In this document: positions 51,152 through 60,861 of the stretch, in pieces | Position numbering within the stretch: the stretch's first letter is position 1 | How the letters are laid out: each line of letters begins with the position of its first letter | DNA from: Bacteroidota bacterium | Lineage (GTDB): Bacteria > Bacteroidota > Ignavibacteria > UBA10030 > UBA6906 | Reading direction: 5' to 3' | DNA: 64,000 bases | Assembly: GCA_030835135.1 (NCBI GenBank) | Contig: JAUQWO010000070.1 | Coordinates: 23,548 to 87,547, forward strand | Notes under the pieces: generated by a model | What the model was told of the DNA's origin: nothing | Database searches by the model: none | What the model saw: the letters and a program-made list of their open reading frames with translations, nothing else | Program-made: the position numbers and the translations under genes

Positions 51152-52488
51152 TGCAGGGCCTTTGTCGATGAACCGCTTCCGGATATATCACTCTCCGGCA
51201 TGAAGAACACGATATCCGTCGTCGCATGGATCTCCGGATGCTCCGTACTTGTCGCCGTCAGCTGCAGACGGTTCGGACCCGGCCGCAATCGATGCACGGG
51301 GAGGTACAAACGCATCGTCGTTGCCCGGACCTCGCGCGATGACAGCGGGAACGGATTCCTGTCCAACGCTACCGCGCAGTCATGCGAGGGTGCTGCATCG
51401 GCGCCGCTGCAGGTAAGCAGGACGACGTCGTCGCTGAGACTGCGGTTACTGATCTTGATCGCATATTCATTGTACACGCGTCCATCATCCGTCACATGAT
51501 ACAGCGTCGACCGGTCACCGCTTGCAGTGAGAGAGAGCGGCATGCGGCCCTGAATGACGAACACCAGGACCAGTGCATACACCACCGTCAGGGCCAGGAC
51601 GCCCCAGCGCTTCGCATCGACGAAGCCAAGCTTCTCATACCACCGCATGCGGGGCCCGCCTTTCTCACCCCACGAGAACGCAATGAGGGTCGGTAGCGGG
51701 GTCTTGAGCCGGGACAGGATCGCCGTACAGGAGTCCACGCAGTCGCCGCAATGGGTGCATTCCGTCTGGTAGGGCGACTGGCGGATGTCGATGCCCATCG
51801 GACAATCGCGCACACACGCTTTGCATTCGATGCATTCGCCGTGCCGCTCCGTCGCATAACGGACGATCTGTGTCTTGCTGTCGGTGAAGACCGCCTGCAA
51901 CATGCCATAGGGGCAGGTCTTTGTGCAGAACTTCTCACGCCAGAACATGACATCCACCCAGACCAGGAGGGCGATGCCAATGATGATGCCAACGGTCACG
52001 GACCCGAGGCTCAGTGCGGCGATCTCCCCGAGCATCCGGTAGGGATCCACGAAATATGCAACGAGATTGAATCCCACGAACACCGACAGGGCGAACATGG
52101 CAGTGCCCAGCAGCACGTGGTGCGCGAGCCACCGCACGATGCCCTGCCCCGTTTTCCGGCCGGCACCCGGCACCCGGAGCCAGCGCCGGCTCTTGCCCTC
52201 GAGCCAGTAGTACAGCTCGTCGAGCACGGTCTGCGGACACATCCATCCGCACCATACGCGTCCATAAACCATCGCAAAGATCACGATGATCCAGAGAACG
52301 AGCATGATAACGAGGAACAGCAGATAGAACTCATCCACCCAGAGCACCGAGGTAAGGAAATAGAACCGCAGTGTGGGGATATCCAGGCGGAGGATGTTGA
52401 GGAACGGCAGGATGACGATCAGGAGTGTACTGAGCGTCTGGACGACCCGACGCTTGGCGCGGTACGTCGCAGGACTGGTGCGTGACAT
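51148..52488 (-). CDS. ccoG: cbb3 oxidase accessory ferredoxin-like protein CcoG/FixG
   Basis: CGWMCPQT, CTKTCPYG, CIECKAC...CP, CTHCGDC...C, C-terminal Ig-like domain. Confidence 0.9.
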   Translation of the reverse strand: MSRTSPATYRAKRRVVQTLSTLLIVILPFLNILRLDIPTLRFYFLTSVLWVDEFYLLFLVIMLVLWIIVIFAMVYGRVWCGWMCPQTVLDELYYWLEGKSRRWLRVPGAGRKTGQGIVRWLAHHVLLGTAMFALSVFVGFNLVAYFVDPYRMLGEIAALSLGSVTVGIIIGIALLVWVDVMFWREKFCTKTCPYGMLQAVFTDSKTQIVRYATERHGECIECKACVRDCPMGIDIRQSPYQTECTHCGDCVDSCTAILSRLKTPLPTLIAFSWGEKGGPRMRWYEKLGFVDAKRWGVLALTVVYALVLVFVIQGRMPLSLTASGDRSTLYHVTDDGRVYNEYAIKISNRSLSDDVVLLTCSGADAAPSHDCAVALDRNPFPLSSREVRATTMRLYLPVHRLRPGPNRLQLTATSTEHPEIHATTDIVFFMPESDISGSGSSTKALQ

Positions 52489-52563
52489 GGTATTCGGTCT
52501 CGGCTATGGTACAGCGTTGTCCGTCCGGCCCGCAACCGGGGCCGGACGGACAATGACACGGGA

Positions 52564-52755
52564 CTACTTTGCCTGCATCTGCTTCTGCAGCAGTTCCTGC
52601 TGCAGATCGTAGCTGGACTTCCAGTCCCAGTACGTGAAGAGATAGTAGATGCACACCGCGGTGATGACAACATACGCGAGCTTCAGGAACCACCCCGGTC
52701 CCTTCTTCTCATCCTGGAGGATGACCTCGTCATGCACATCGGTTGTCGCGCTCAT
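52564..52755 (-). CDS. heme-less CcoP N-terminal-like membrane peptide
   Basis: 63 aa; acidic N-terminus then PGWF..AYVVITAVCIYY TM helix; ATGA overlap with ccoO; no CxxCH. Confidence 0.7.
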   Translation of the reverse strand: MSATTDVHDEVILQDEKKGPGWFLKLAYVVITAVCIYYLFTYWDWKSSYDLQQELLQKQMQAK

Positions 52756-53399
52756 GGTGCCACCTCCTTCGCGGTCTGGGCCACAACCGGAGGTGCCTGC
52801 TGGAGTTCCGGATGCAGCATCTTATATTGTGCCACACCTTCTTCACGCCACTTGATGTTCGAACCGAGCTTCTGCAGATACGCAACAAGGGCGATCGCGT
52901 CAGGGGTCGGCTGGCCGGCCTTGGTGAAGAGCCAGGTGTACGAAGGCATGATCGAACCGGGCGACGTGCTGCGCGGATCGCGCAGGTGATTCAGGTGCCA
53001 GGTATTGTCGTACTTGCCGCCGACCCGCCCGAGGTCCGGACCGGTACGGCGCGTGCCGAGGAGGTGCGGCTTGTCGAACACATATTCACCCGGTTGTGAG
53101 GGTGGGGCCTGGATCAGGGCGCGGATCCCGAACCGTTTGAAGGTCTCCTCTTCACCCATCCCATAGCGCTGGGTCTCCTCCAGGAGACTGCGCACCTGCT
53201 GGGTGTGACAATAGACGCACCCTTCGCTGATATAGGTCTGCCGGCCCTGGAGTTCCAGCGCGGTATATGGTTTTGCATCCTTGCCGGGATCGTTCAGCGT
53301 CGGATCGCTCAGGGGGACCACCATCGTGAAGTATGAACCCAGGAACATGAACGCCGCCACTACCACGACAAGGAGGAACGCTTTCGCTTCGAGTTTCAT
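52752..53399 (-). CDS. ccoO: cbb3-type cytochrome c oxidase subunit II
   Basis: YTALELQGR.TYISEGCVYCHTQQVR, GTRRTGPDL.RVGG, SIMPSY. Confidence 0.95.
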   Translation of the reverse strand: MKLEAKAFLLVVVVAAFMFLGSYFTMVVPLSDPTLNDPGKDAKPYTALELQGRQTYISEGCVYCHTQQVRSLLEETQRYGMGEEETFKRFGIRALIQAPPSQPGEYVFDKPHLLGTRRTGPDLGRVGGKYDNTWHLNHLRDPRSTSPGSIMPSYTWLFTKAGQPTPDAIALVAYLQKLGSNIKWREEGVAQYKMLHPELQQAPPVVAQTAKEVAP

Positions 53400-53413
53400 G
53401 GTCTTGTCTCCTC

Positions 53414-54757
53414 TCAGGCCACTGCCGGTTGAACGCGTGCGGACGCTCCGCGCACGGTCTTGAAGATGTTATAGGCGAAGATCACCTGGGCCGTCACCAT
53501 CAGGATGGCGGAGAACATGCGCACCATGTAATATGGGAACATCGCCTTCACCGTGTCCAGGAATGCGATCGTGGGGTCCATCCACTGCAGGCCCTGGACG
53601 AATCCTCCGATCCACAGGCTGATCGCAAAGCCGAGGAATCCGACGAACGAGAGCCAGAAGTGCCATTCTGCGAGCTTGGCAGAGAAGAGGTCGGTCTTCA
53701 GGATCTTCGGCAGGGCGAAGTAGATGCCACCGATCGCAAAGAACGTAAAGGCGCCGAACACCGCCATGTGCGCATGACCCACGATCCAGTCGGTCTTGCT
53801 GACGATCATGTTCACGGTGCGCAGGGAGTGCATCGGGCCCTGGAAGCACGTGAGCAGGTAGAAGGTCGTCCCGGCGATGAAGAACTTCACCACATAGTTG
53901 CCGCTGGCCCACTTCCCGCGCAGGGTGCCATAGAAATTCGTCACGGCGGTCCACACCGGGATCAGGAGCGAGATACTGAACAGGATGGCGACCGTCTGGA
54001 GCCACACCGGAATGGGGCCAAAGATGATATGGTGCGCGCCGTTCCAGATGTACAGGAACGCGATCGTCCAGAAGCCGATGAGCGACAGCTTGTGGCTATA
54101 CAGCGGATTGCCGGTGGACTTCGGGATGAAATAGTATGCGATCGCGAGGCCGACCGGTGTGAAGATGAGGCCGACCGCATTGTGGCCGAACCACCAGTTC
54201 ACGTTCGCATCGTTCACGCCGGAATACACGGGCAGGTTCGCCACGATCCAGAGAATCGCCGTCCAGAGGAGTGTGCCCATGATATACCAGAGACTGGCGT
54301 ACATGTTGGCATGCCTCCGCCTGGCGATCGTCATGAAGATGTTCAGCCCGAACATCACCCACGCGATCGTCACCAGGATGTCCAGCCACACATTGAGTTC
54401 GAGATATTCCCGTGCCTGGGTGTCGCCGGCGGCCAGCGTCACCACCGCACCCAGGAGGACCACGACCCAGACCCCGAGGGTCGCGAGCCCGAGCTTCTCA
54501 CTCCAGAGTTTCACGCCCGCAAGGCGCGGGACGATATAGAAGCACAGGCCCATATCGGCGGCGAGGAGCCAGCCAAAGAGGACGCCGTTGGTGTGGATCA
54601 CGCGAATGCGTCCGACACCCAGTGCTGCAATGCCACCGAGGAACTCGGGGGCGACGAACTTGATCGCCATGATCAGGCCGATCAGGATCGTCACAAGGAA
54701 GAACGTGATGGCGGTGTAGAGAAACCACCTCGCGCTCTTGTCTACATGTTGTTCCAT
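53414..54757 (-). CDS. ccoN: cbb3-type cytochrome c oxidase subunit I
   Basis: HTNGV, WWFGHNAVG, LYIWNGAHH, TDWIVGHAH heme/CuB ligands; 12-TM pattern. Confidence 0.95.
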   Translation of the reverse strand: MEQHVDKSARWFLYTAITFFLVTILIGLIMAIKFVAPEFLGGIAALGVGRIRVIHTNGVLFGWLLAADMGLCFYIVPRLAGVKLWSEKLGLATLGVWVVVLLGAVVTLAAGDTQAREYLELNVWLDILVTIAWVMFGLNIFMTIARRRHANMYASLWYIMGTLLWTAILWIVANLPVYSGVNDANVNWWFGHNAVGLIFTPVGLAIAYYFIPKSTGNPLYSHKLSLIGFWTIAFLYIWNGAHHIIFGPIPVWLQTVAILFSISLLIPVWTAVTNFYGTLRGKWASGNYVVKFFIAGTTFYLLTCFQGPMHSLRTVNMIVSKTDWIVGHAHMAVFGAFTFFAIGGIYFALPKILKTDLFSAKLAEWHFWLSFVGFLGFAISLWIGGFVQGLQWMDPTIAFLDTVKAMFPYYMVRMFSAILMVTAQVIFAYNIFKTVRGASARVQPAVA

Positions 54758-54837
54758 TCTACTGCTCCTTTGATTGATGGTGGCTCACCCGCCCACGATC
54801 CCTCTGCACATGGTTCGTACTGCTTACTGATCCACTC

Positions 54838-55638
54838 TTAGTGCTGCTCCGTCTTCTCTCGCTCCGCGCGCCCGCACGCACGCAGATACGAGATCACGCT
54901 CCACCGCTCCACCTCCGTCAGCACCCCCACCCACGGCTGCATCGAGGTCCCCGGGACGCCATTGCTGATCGAATCGAACAGCCTGCTCTCCGCCAGATAG
55001 TCGATGAACGGCCTCTCCCCCCACGACACCACCGCCACGAGGTTGCGCGGACGCGGGGCCAGACTCTCGGCCAGACGTCCGAACCCATCGCCCCGCGCAC
55101 CGTGACAGCTTGCACAATAGGCAAGCCACACACCCTTGCCCTGCGCCTCGGCCGCCGCGGTGTCCGCAAGCGGATTCACGGCATCGGCGGGCACCCGCAC
55201 CGACATAATGCCATTGGGGATCGGGAGCTGGTCACCCGCCGTGAGAGACCGGATGTAATGGATCGCCTCCCAGCGCTTGTCGGCGGTGATCATGAGTTCG
55301 AAGGCCGGCATCGCGGTGCCGCGCACCCCGCCGGAAATGGACCCGTACATGCGTTCATCCGTGAGGTACGCGACGAACGGTGCATTCCGGAGATTCTGGG
55401 GGCGAGGATCGAGATTCATCGACTGGGGGCCCCGGCCATCGGCACGACGTCCATGGCATCCGGCACAATATTCAAAGAACACTGCCTTCCCCGCGGCGAT
55501 GGACTCCGGTGTCGATGTCGGTGCCTTCATCGGACCCTCTTGCCCCGCGGCCTGCATGAACATCAGTGCAAGGAGGACGACCCCGGGAAGAATGAAGACC
55601 CGGGCCACGGTGGCGCTGCTCCTGTTCGAAAGCTTCAT
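54838..55638 (-). CDS. exported diheme cytochrome c
   Basis: Two class-I domains, CAGCH...AMP and CASCH...SMQ; N-terminal hydrophobic helix. Start ATG 55638. Confidence 0.88.
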   Translation of the reverse strand: MKLSNRSSATVARVFILPGVVLLALMFMQAAGQEGPMKAPTSTPESIAAGKAVFFEYCAGCHGRRADGRGPQSMNLDPRPQNLRNAPFVAYLTDERMYGSISGGVRGTAMPAFELMITADKRWEAIHYIRSLTAGDQLPIPNGIMSVRVPADAVNPLADTAAAEAQGKGVWLAYCASCHGARGDGFGRLAESLAPRPRNLVAVVSWGERPFIDYLAESRLFDSISNGVPGTSMQPWVGVLTEVERWSVISYLRACGRAEREKTEQH

Positions 55639-55733
55639 CGGTTCGCCTTTGTGAATGCTGTTCTTCTGAAGACCACGAATGACCCTCTTCGCTGCCCGGT
55701 GTGCCTCGCCTGACATGATCCGTGCACGCAGGG

Positions 55734-56843
55734 TCAGTGTGTCGCGCCGGCCGAATCAGGCACGGCGTACACCACCGCGTTGTCCACCGTCAGCGTCTTC
55801 AACGTGCTCAGGTACAACGCGATGGCCTCAAGTTCGGTCGCGGCATACTTGAGATCGGGCATGACCGAACCACCCACCAGCGAACGCGGATTGAGATGAT
55901 GCTGCACCATCCATTCCTTCGTCCGCTGCAGCCCGATCACGCTGAGGTCCGGTCCGGTCTTCCCACCGACCCCGTTGATCGTATGACAGGCATCGCAGTA
56001 TTTGTCCGCGAAGGCCCGCTTCCCGGCCTCGACGGTCACGGGGACGTCCTTCGGACGCTCGGCACGCCATGCCTTGATCGCATTGTACCGTTCGACCGGT
56101 CCGTTCATCAGGTTCTCGCCGGTGAGGCTCTTCAGATAGATCACCAGGGCCTTCACCTCCTCCGGCGACAGGTCCATCTTCGGCATGATCGACTCGAAAT
56201 TGTTGGCCTTCGGGACCACGATCGATTCTTCGAGATAGGCAAGAGGCCACTTCGCGCCCACGCGGGTCAATTCCACCCCGAGCTTTCCATCCGACACGCC
56301 CTCGATCTTGTGGCAGCCGTAGCATGCCTTGGTGAAAAAGAGCCTCGCGCCCAGGGCGAGGTGCGGGGTCTCGGCGAGCGTAACGCCGTGACACTTCGCA
56401 CAACCCGACTCGATGTCGGCCCCTTTCAGGAGGGGTTCCATCCAGAACTTTGTGGTGCCGTGGGCGTCATCGGTGGCCAGTCCGCGGCCGTTGCCGTCAT
56501 GACATGTCGTGCACCCGAAGGTCCGGTACGGGTGGTTCCCGGGGATCGTCGGATGGGTCCGCAACGGTTGTGGCGCATCACTGAACCGCGCGTCATCGAT
56601 ACCGGCGTGGCAGGTCATGCAGCGGTCCACCCGTTGCTTGCCGAACCCGGTCACCACGAGCTGCTCGATGACGGGTGTGCGTTGTTCGAGCACCGCCCGC
56701 GTCTGCGGGTCCGTGGTCTTCTCGATCGCCAGCGCGAGATATTGCTTCTGGTAGGCCCGCCACTCGGTGTCGTAATTGCGGTAGATGATGAATGCATTGC
56801 CCAGGAGGAGCAGCACGGCGCCCGTGAGCAACGCTCTCTTCAT
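55734..56843 (-). CDS. membrane-anchored pentaheme cytochrome c
   Basis: Five CxxCH: CMTCH, CTTCH, CAKCH, CYGCH, CDACH; the last two are followed by SIMP and SVMP Met ligands; N-terminal TM. Start ATG 56843. Confidence 0.9.
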   Translation of the reverse strand: MKRALLTGAVLLLLGNAFIIYRNYDTEWRAYQKQYLALAIEKTTDPQTRAVLEQRTPVIEQLVVTGFGKQRVDRCMTCHAGIDDARFSDAPQPLRTHPTIPGNHPYRTFGCTTCHDGNGRGLATDDAHGTTKFWMEPLLKGADIESGCAKCHGVTLAETPHLALGARLFFTKACYGCHKIEGVSDGKLGVELTRVGAKWPLAYLEESIVVPKANNFESIMPKMDLSPEEVKALVIYLKSLTGENLMNGPVERYNAIKAWRAERPKDVPVTVEAGKRAFADKYCDACHTINGVGGKTGPDLSVIGLQRTKEWMVQHHLNPRSLVGGSVMPDLKYAATELEAIALYLSTLKTLTVDNAVVYAVPDSAGATH

Positions 56844-56886
56844 GGTGTTTCCGATACGCATCGCAGTCTCTTTCCTGATGATCGGC

Positions 56887-57420
56887 CTAGTGACCGGTGG
56901 TTGCTTCCCATGGCAGAACGAATCCCCAGTTCGGCCCGCGGAAGTACATGCCGATGATGATAAGAATGACCATCACAACGAGGAAGGTCAGGAACAAGCC
57001 GTTCGCGAGCCACCGCTCTCTGGCGAACCACACCCCGATGCCGACCCTCTTGCGGTCGATATACGGCACCAGCATGAGTCCCAGGACGATCACGGTGGGC
57101 ACCAGCACGCCGCCAACGAACGCGGAATAGCTCACCAGCTCCTGCAGGCCGAGGAAATACCACGGGGCTTTGGCCGGATTCGGCGGAGAATTCGGATTGG
57201 CGATCTCTTCGAGCGGCGCATCGATGAGAAAGGCGGCACCCAGGAGGCATGCGGCGACGACAAGGAAGATCACCAGCTCGCGCACGAGCAGATGCGGCCA
57301 CGCGTACACCGTATCTTCATCGAGGCCGACCGTGGGCCTGGTCCCCTTGACGAGTTCCATCAGCCCATAGGTCTTCCGGGGATCACGGGGGTATACCTGG
57401 GTGGTATCGACGTCCTTCAT
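56887..57420 (-). CDS. petD: cytochrome b C-terminal subunit (subunit IV-like)
   Basis: WPHLLVRE, APLEE.ANP, PAKAPWYFLGLQELV, PYID; start ATG 57420, 4 nt after the petB stop. Confidence 0.85.
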   Translation of the reverse strand: MKDVDTTQVYPRDPRKTYGLMELVKGTRPTVGLDEDTVYAWPHLLVRELVIFLVVAACLLGAAFLIDAPLEEIANPNSPPNPAKAPWYFLGLQELVSYSAFVGGVLVPTVIVLGLMLVPYIDRKRVGIGVWFARERWLANGLFLTFLVVMVILIIIGMYFRGPNWGFVLPWEATTGH

Positions 57421-57424
57421 GGCC

Positions 57425-58201
57425 TCACTCCTTGATCGCAGGTGTGTCATTGTCGGCGGGGTGCGACAGCCCCCCATCCTTCCGTATCCGCCAGAAATGG
57501 ACCGCGAGGAAGATGGAGAGCAACCCCGGGAGGATCACCACATGCAGCACATAGAACCGGATCAGCGCCTCCTGCCCCACGCTGTCGGAGCCCAGCAGGA
57601 AGCGGCGCAGCGGCTCCCCCACCACCGGTGCATAGCCCGCGATCGAGGTCCCGACCGTGATGGCCCAGAACGCCAATTGGTCCCACGGGAGCAGATACCC
57701 CGTGAACGACAGTCCGAGCGTCAGCAGCAGAAGGATGATCCCGATGATCCAGTTGAACTCACGGGGCGGTTTATAAGCCCCGGTGAAGAACACCCGTGCC
57801 ATATGGAGGACGACGAAGAAGACCATCGCTTCGGCCGCCCACTTGTGCACGTTCCTCAGCACGAACCCGAAATCCACCGCCGACCGGAGGTCGAGCATGC
57901 GGCCGTAGGCCTCGGTGGCGGAGGGGAAATAGTAGAACATGAGCCAGACGCCGGTGAAGGTCAGGAACACGAACAGGCACGTCGCGATCACCCCGAGGCC
58001 GAACGTGTACGTGAAGCGCAGCGAGTGCTTCGCGACCTTCACGGGATGGATGTGCAGGAACAGACTGTTGAACACCGCATAGGATGCCCCTTCACCATCG
58101 CGGGGCAGGCGGCCATACCGGAAGATCGACCGGTAGACCGATTCGAAGAACATCCCGACCGCGGTGCGCTTGTCGGGCGTGGGAGTGGGCGCTTGCATCA
58201 T
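57425..58201 (-). CDS. petB: cytochrome b6-like subunit
   Basis: Four heme His (VHKW, LHMARV, LHVV, VHFW), [14 protein letters not shown]; 14-residue His spacing in helix D. Confidence 0.92.
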   Translation of the reverse strand: MMQAPTPTPDKRTAVGMFFESVYRSIFRYGRLPRDGEGASYAVFNSLFLHIHPVKVAKHSLRFTYTFGLGVIATCLFVFLTFTGVWLMFYYFPSATEAYGRMLDLRSAVDFGFVLRNVHKWAAEAMVFFVVLHMARVFFTGAYKPPREFNWIIGIILLLLTLGLSFTGYLLPWDQLAFWAITVGTSIAGYAPVVGEPLRRFLLGSDSVGQEALIRFYVLHVVILPGLLSIFLAVHFWRIRKDGGLSHPADNDTPAIKE

Positions 58202-58246
58202 CTGTATTCCGGCTTGTGAAATGGGTTGCAGCAGGTGGCCCCGCGC

Positions 58247-58723
58247 TCACACGCGGAGATACGTTCCCGCGGGGATCTTCACGTTCTTGTCGACTTCCAG
58301 TTCGCCGTTGGGTGCGATGCTCACCTGATACCACGCCAGAGGCGAGGGCGCCGGACCGCCGGTCACGAACCCGTCGTTGTCGAACTGACTGCCATGACAC
58401 GGGCATTCGAACCCGCCTTCGGTCGCCCGGACCGTGCAACCGAGATGGGTGCACGTGACGGAGATCGCGGCGAATCCTTCCTTCTCCCGGACCACCACGA
58501 CGCGTTCGTTCTCCCGGGTCTCCTTGATGCCGACGGTGTATTCATCCGGACGTCCGACGCGGATGCGCGTGGGCGGGCCGTAGTCCACGGCAGGTTTCAG
58601 GTACATCAGATTACCGAGCACGCCGACCGCGCCCGATAATCCGACGCCGAGCCAGCCCAGCGTGCTCAGGAATGTCCGCCGGTCGATCTCCGGCTGCTGC
58701 ATACGTGTGGGTTTCTTTTTCAC
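58247..58723 (-). CDS. petC: Rieske 2Fe-2S subunit
   Basis: Tat motif DRRTFL, CTHLGC and CPCHGS; GTG start after GGGAG (alternative ATG 58702). Confidence 0.92.
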   Translation of the reverse strand: MKKKPTRMQQPEIDRRTFLSTLGWLGVGLSGAVGVLGNLMYLKPAVDYGPPTRIRVGRPDEYTVGIKETRENERVVVVREKEGFAAISVTCTHLGCTVRATEGGFECPCHGSQFDNDGFVTGGPAPSPLAWYQVSIAPNGELEVDKNVKIPAGTYLRV

Positions 58724-58773
58724 GGTGCACTCCCGTTTGGGTTTCGGTGTGGAACAGACAGGGTGACCCGAAC

Positions 58774-58799
58774 GCCCGCCGCTCCCCTGAACGGCGGGC
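58774..58799. other. intercistronic GC hairpin
   Basis: 8-bp stem GCCCGCCG/CGGCGGGC between ccoS and the Rieske gene, no U-tract on the coding strand. Confidence 0.5.
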
Positions 58800-58806
58800 C
58801 TCCGGT

Positions 58807-58950
58807 TCAATCGTCGTCGCGCAGCATCTGGTACTTCGGCTCTTCCACGTTCTTGAACTGGTTCGTCTTCGCGGCGTACACGAACCCGAGCGCGAAGATG
58901 ATGCCGAGGACGACGCTCAGAAAGACAAGGAAATACAGGGAGACGAGCAT
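58807..58950 (-). CDS. ccoS: cbb3 maturation protein CcoS/FixS
   Basis: 47 aa, TM helix then [18 protein letters not shown]; AGGAG RBS. Confidence 0.82.
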   Translation of the reverse strand: MLVSLYFLVFLSVVLGIIFALGFVYAAKTNQFKNVEEPKYQMLRDDD

Positions 58951-58958
58951 GACCGCTC

Positions 58959-60857
58959 CTATCTGGTTTCGATCGACAACTGGTGCGCGCACGTGAAGTG
59001 CTCCATCGTGATCGCGCCCGTGGGACAACGCTTCGCGCAGAAGCCGCACCGTACACAGAGCTCTTCATCCTTCAGCATGGCCGACCCGAGGGTCCGGAGG
59101 GCCTCCGGTCCGGCGCCGGCCGCAAGGCCCTCTGCGTCCGCTCCATAGCGCTCCACCAGCGCCAGCTCGAGCCGCGGCTCGCGGACGATCTGCGAGAGTG
59201 GCACCAGGGCGAGGCAGTAGGTCGGACACACATCCACACATCCCGCGCACAGGATGCACGCATCACCATTGAAGATGGTGTTGATATGGCATTTCAGGCA
59301 GCGGCTCCCCTGTTCCCCCGCTACGCCCGGATCGAAGCACTTCTCGACCAGGGCATCGGAGGACGCGCGCCCCTGCGGATTCAGTGCGGGTGGGTCGGAG
59401 CGCTCGATCTGCAGATAGGCATCACGCATGGTGTGCGACGGAGCGGGCATGGTGAATGTCCCGGTCCGCACTTCGTGCAGGGAACCCTCCCGCAGATACT
59501 CATCGATCGAGACCACGGCGCGCTGCGCGGATGCAACAGCGTGAATGAACAGCCGTGCGCCCTCCGCAACATCACCACAGGCAAAGATCCCGGGGATGGT
59601 CGTCGCCTTGGTCGTCGGATCGATCTTGATGATACCACCGGGGGTGAGTTCAAGCGCGGACTCACCCGCCGTGAAGCCGGGATCCACGGTCTGACCGATG
59701 GAGAGCATCACGGTGCTCGCCGGGATGACCTCCCCGGGCTCGTCGGCATACACCGGAGCGAATCGCCCCTGCGCATCGAACACCGACAGGACCTTGCGCG
59801 TCGCCAGACCGGTGACGTGGCCATTGCTCCCCACGATCTCCAGAGGTCCGCGGGAGGGGTGCACGATCACGCCTTCTTCTTCGCCTTCGGTGATCTCGAT
59901 CTCATCCGCGGGCATTTCGTCGCGCGATTCGAGGCACACCAGGTGCACGTGCTTGGCACCGTGACGCAGGGCCTGCCGTGATGCATCGGCGGCCTCGTAG
60001 AAATCCTGGGATTCGGCACGGAACACCCCGCCGATGCGGACCGCGGAGCGGGCCACGTCGAACGCCACGTTGCCGCCGCCAATGACGACGACGGAGTCAC
60101 CGAGCGTGATGTTACCGCCGGAGTTGAGGGTCTTCAGAAAATCGATGCCGTGGACAACGCCATGGAGGTCGGAGCCCTTGATCCGGAGATCACGCCCACG
60201 TTGCAGGCCGGCGGCGATGAGGATCGCAGCGAATCCATCCCTGCGGAGTTCTTGGAGCGTAACGTGCTCGCCGATCCGGGTGTTCAGGCGCAACTGTACG
60301 CCCAGCCCGAGGATGGCGTTGATCTCTGCCTGGACGAGGTCGCGGGGGAGCCGGTAGGTCGGCACGCCCGTCATCAACATGCCGCCCGCCACGCGGCCGG
60401 CTTCGAACACGGTGACCTGGTAGCCGAGCAGAGCAAGGTCATGCGCAGCGGTCATCCCCGCCACCCCGGAACCGACAACGGCAACGCGCGTCCCGGCTTT
60501 CGGGTTCAGAGGATCACGGCGTGCGGTCGAGTGACGGAGGGTCGCCCTGGGATCGCCGGCTTCCGCGCCATAACGTTCCGTCACGAAGCGCTTGAGCGCG
60601 CGGATCGTCACCGGATCGTCGATGCTCCCCCGCCGGCATTCCATTTCACACGGTGCCCCACACACGCGTCCGCAGATGGATGCGAAGGGATTCGGACCAC
60701 GCGCGATCGCATACGCCTCTTCGTACCTGCCCTCGGCGATGGCGATGACATAGCCACGGGCATCGGTGTGCACCGGGCAACCCCACTGACACTTCACCTG
60801 ACGCTGCCAGTAGGTGACGTCCGGGATCTCTACGTTGAATGAGCGCTGTGTCGACAT
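58959..60857 (-). CDS. GltD/NfnB-like FAD/Fe-S NAD(P)H oxidoreductase with C-terminal 2x[4Fe-4S] ferredoxin
   Basis: [43 protein letters not shown]; [24 protein letters not shown]. Start ATG 60857, 4 nt after the Rrf2 stop. Confidence 0.9.
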   Translation of the reverse strand: MSTQRSFNVEIPDVTYWQRQVKCQWGCPVHTDARGYVIAIAEGRYEEAYAIARGPNPFASICGRVCGAPCEMECRRGSIDDPVTIRALKRFVTERYGAEAGDPRATLRHSTARRDPLNPKAGTRVAVVGSGVAGMTAAHDLALLGYQVTVFEAGRVAGGMLMTGVPTYRLPRDLVQAEINAILGLGVQLRLNTRIGEHVTLQELRRDGFAAILIAAGLQRGRDLRIKGSDLHGVVHGIDFLKTLNSGGNITLGDSVVVIGGGNVAFDVARSAVRIGGVFRAESQDFYEAADASRQALRHGAKHVHLVCLESRDEMPADEIEITEGEEEGVIVHPSRGPLEIVGSNGHVTGLATRKVLSVFDAQGRFAPVYADEPGEVIPASTVMLSIGQTVDPGFTAGESALELTPGGIIKIDPTTKATTIPGIFACGDVAEGARLFIHAVASAQRAVVSIDEYLREGSLHEVRTGTFTMPAPSHTMRDAYLQIERSDPPALNPQGRASSDALVEKCFDPGVAGEQGSRCLKCHINTIFNGDACILCAGCVDVCPTYCLALVPLSQIVREPRLELALVERYGADAEGLAAGAGPEALRTLGSAMLKDEELCVRCGFCAKRCPTGAITMEHFTCAHQLSIETR

Positions 60858-60861
60858 GGCT

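Noticed and set aside
54745-54850. EQH at both the end of the diheme protein and the start of CcoN
   Set aside because: Codons differ and the match is too short; treated as coincidence.
58724-59068. Extended starts given for the Rieske, GltD-like (61031) and Rrf2 (61377) ORFs
   Set aside because: The Rieske and GltD-like extensions overlap neighbouring genes; for all three, the shorter starts fit RBS position, translational coupling or family N-termini better.
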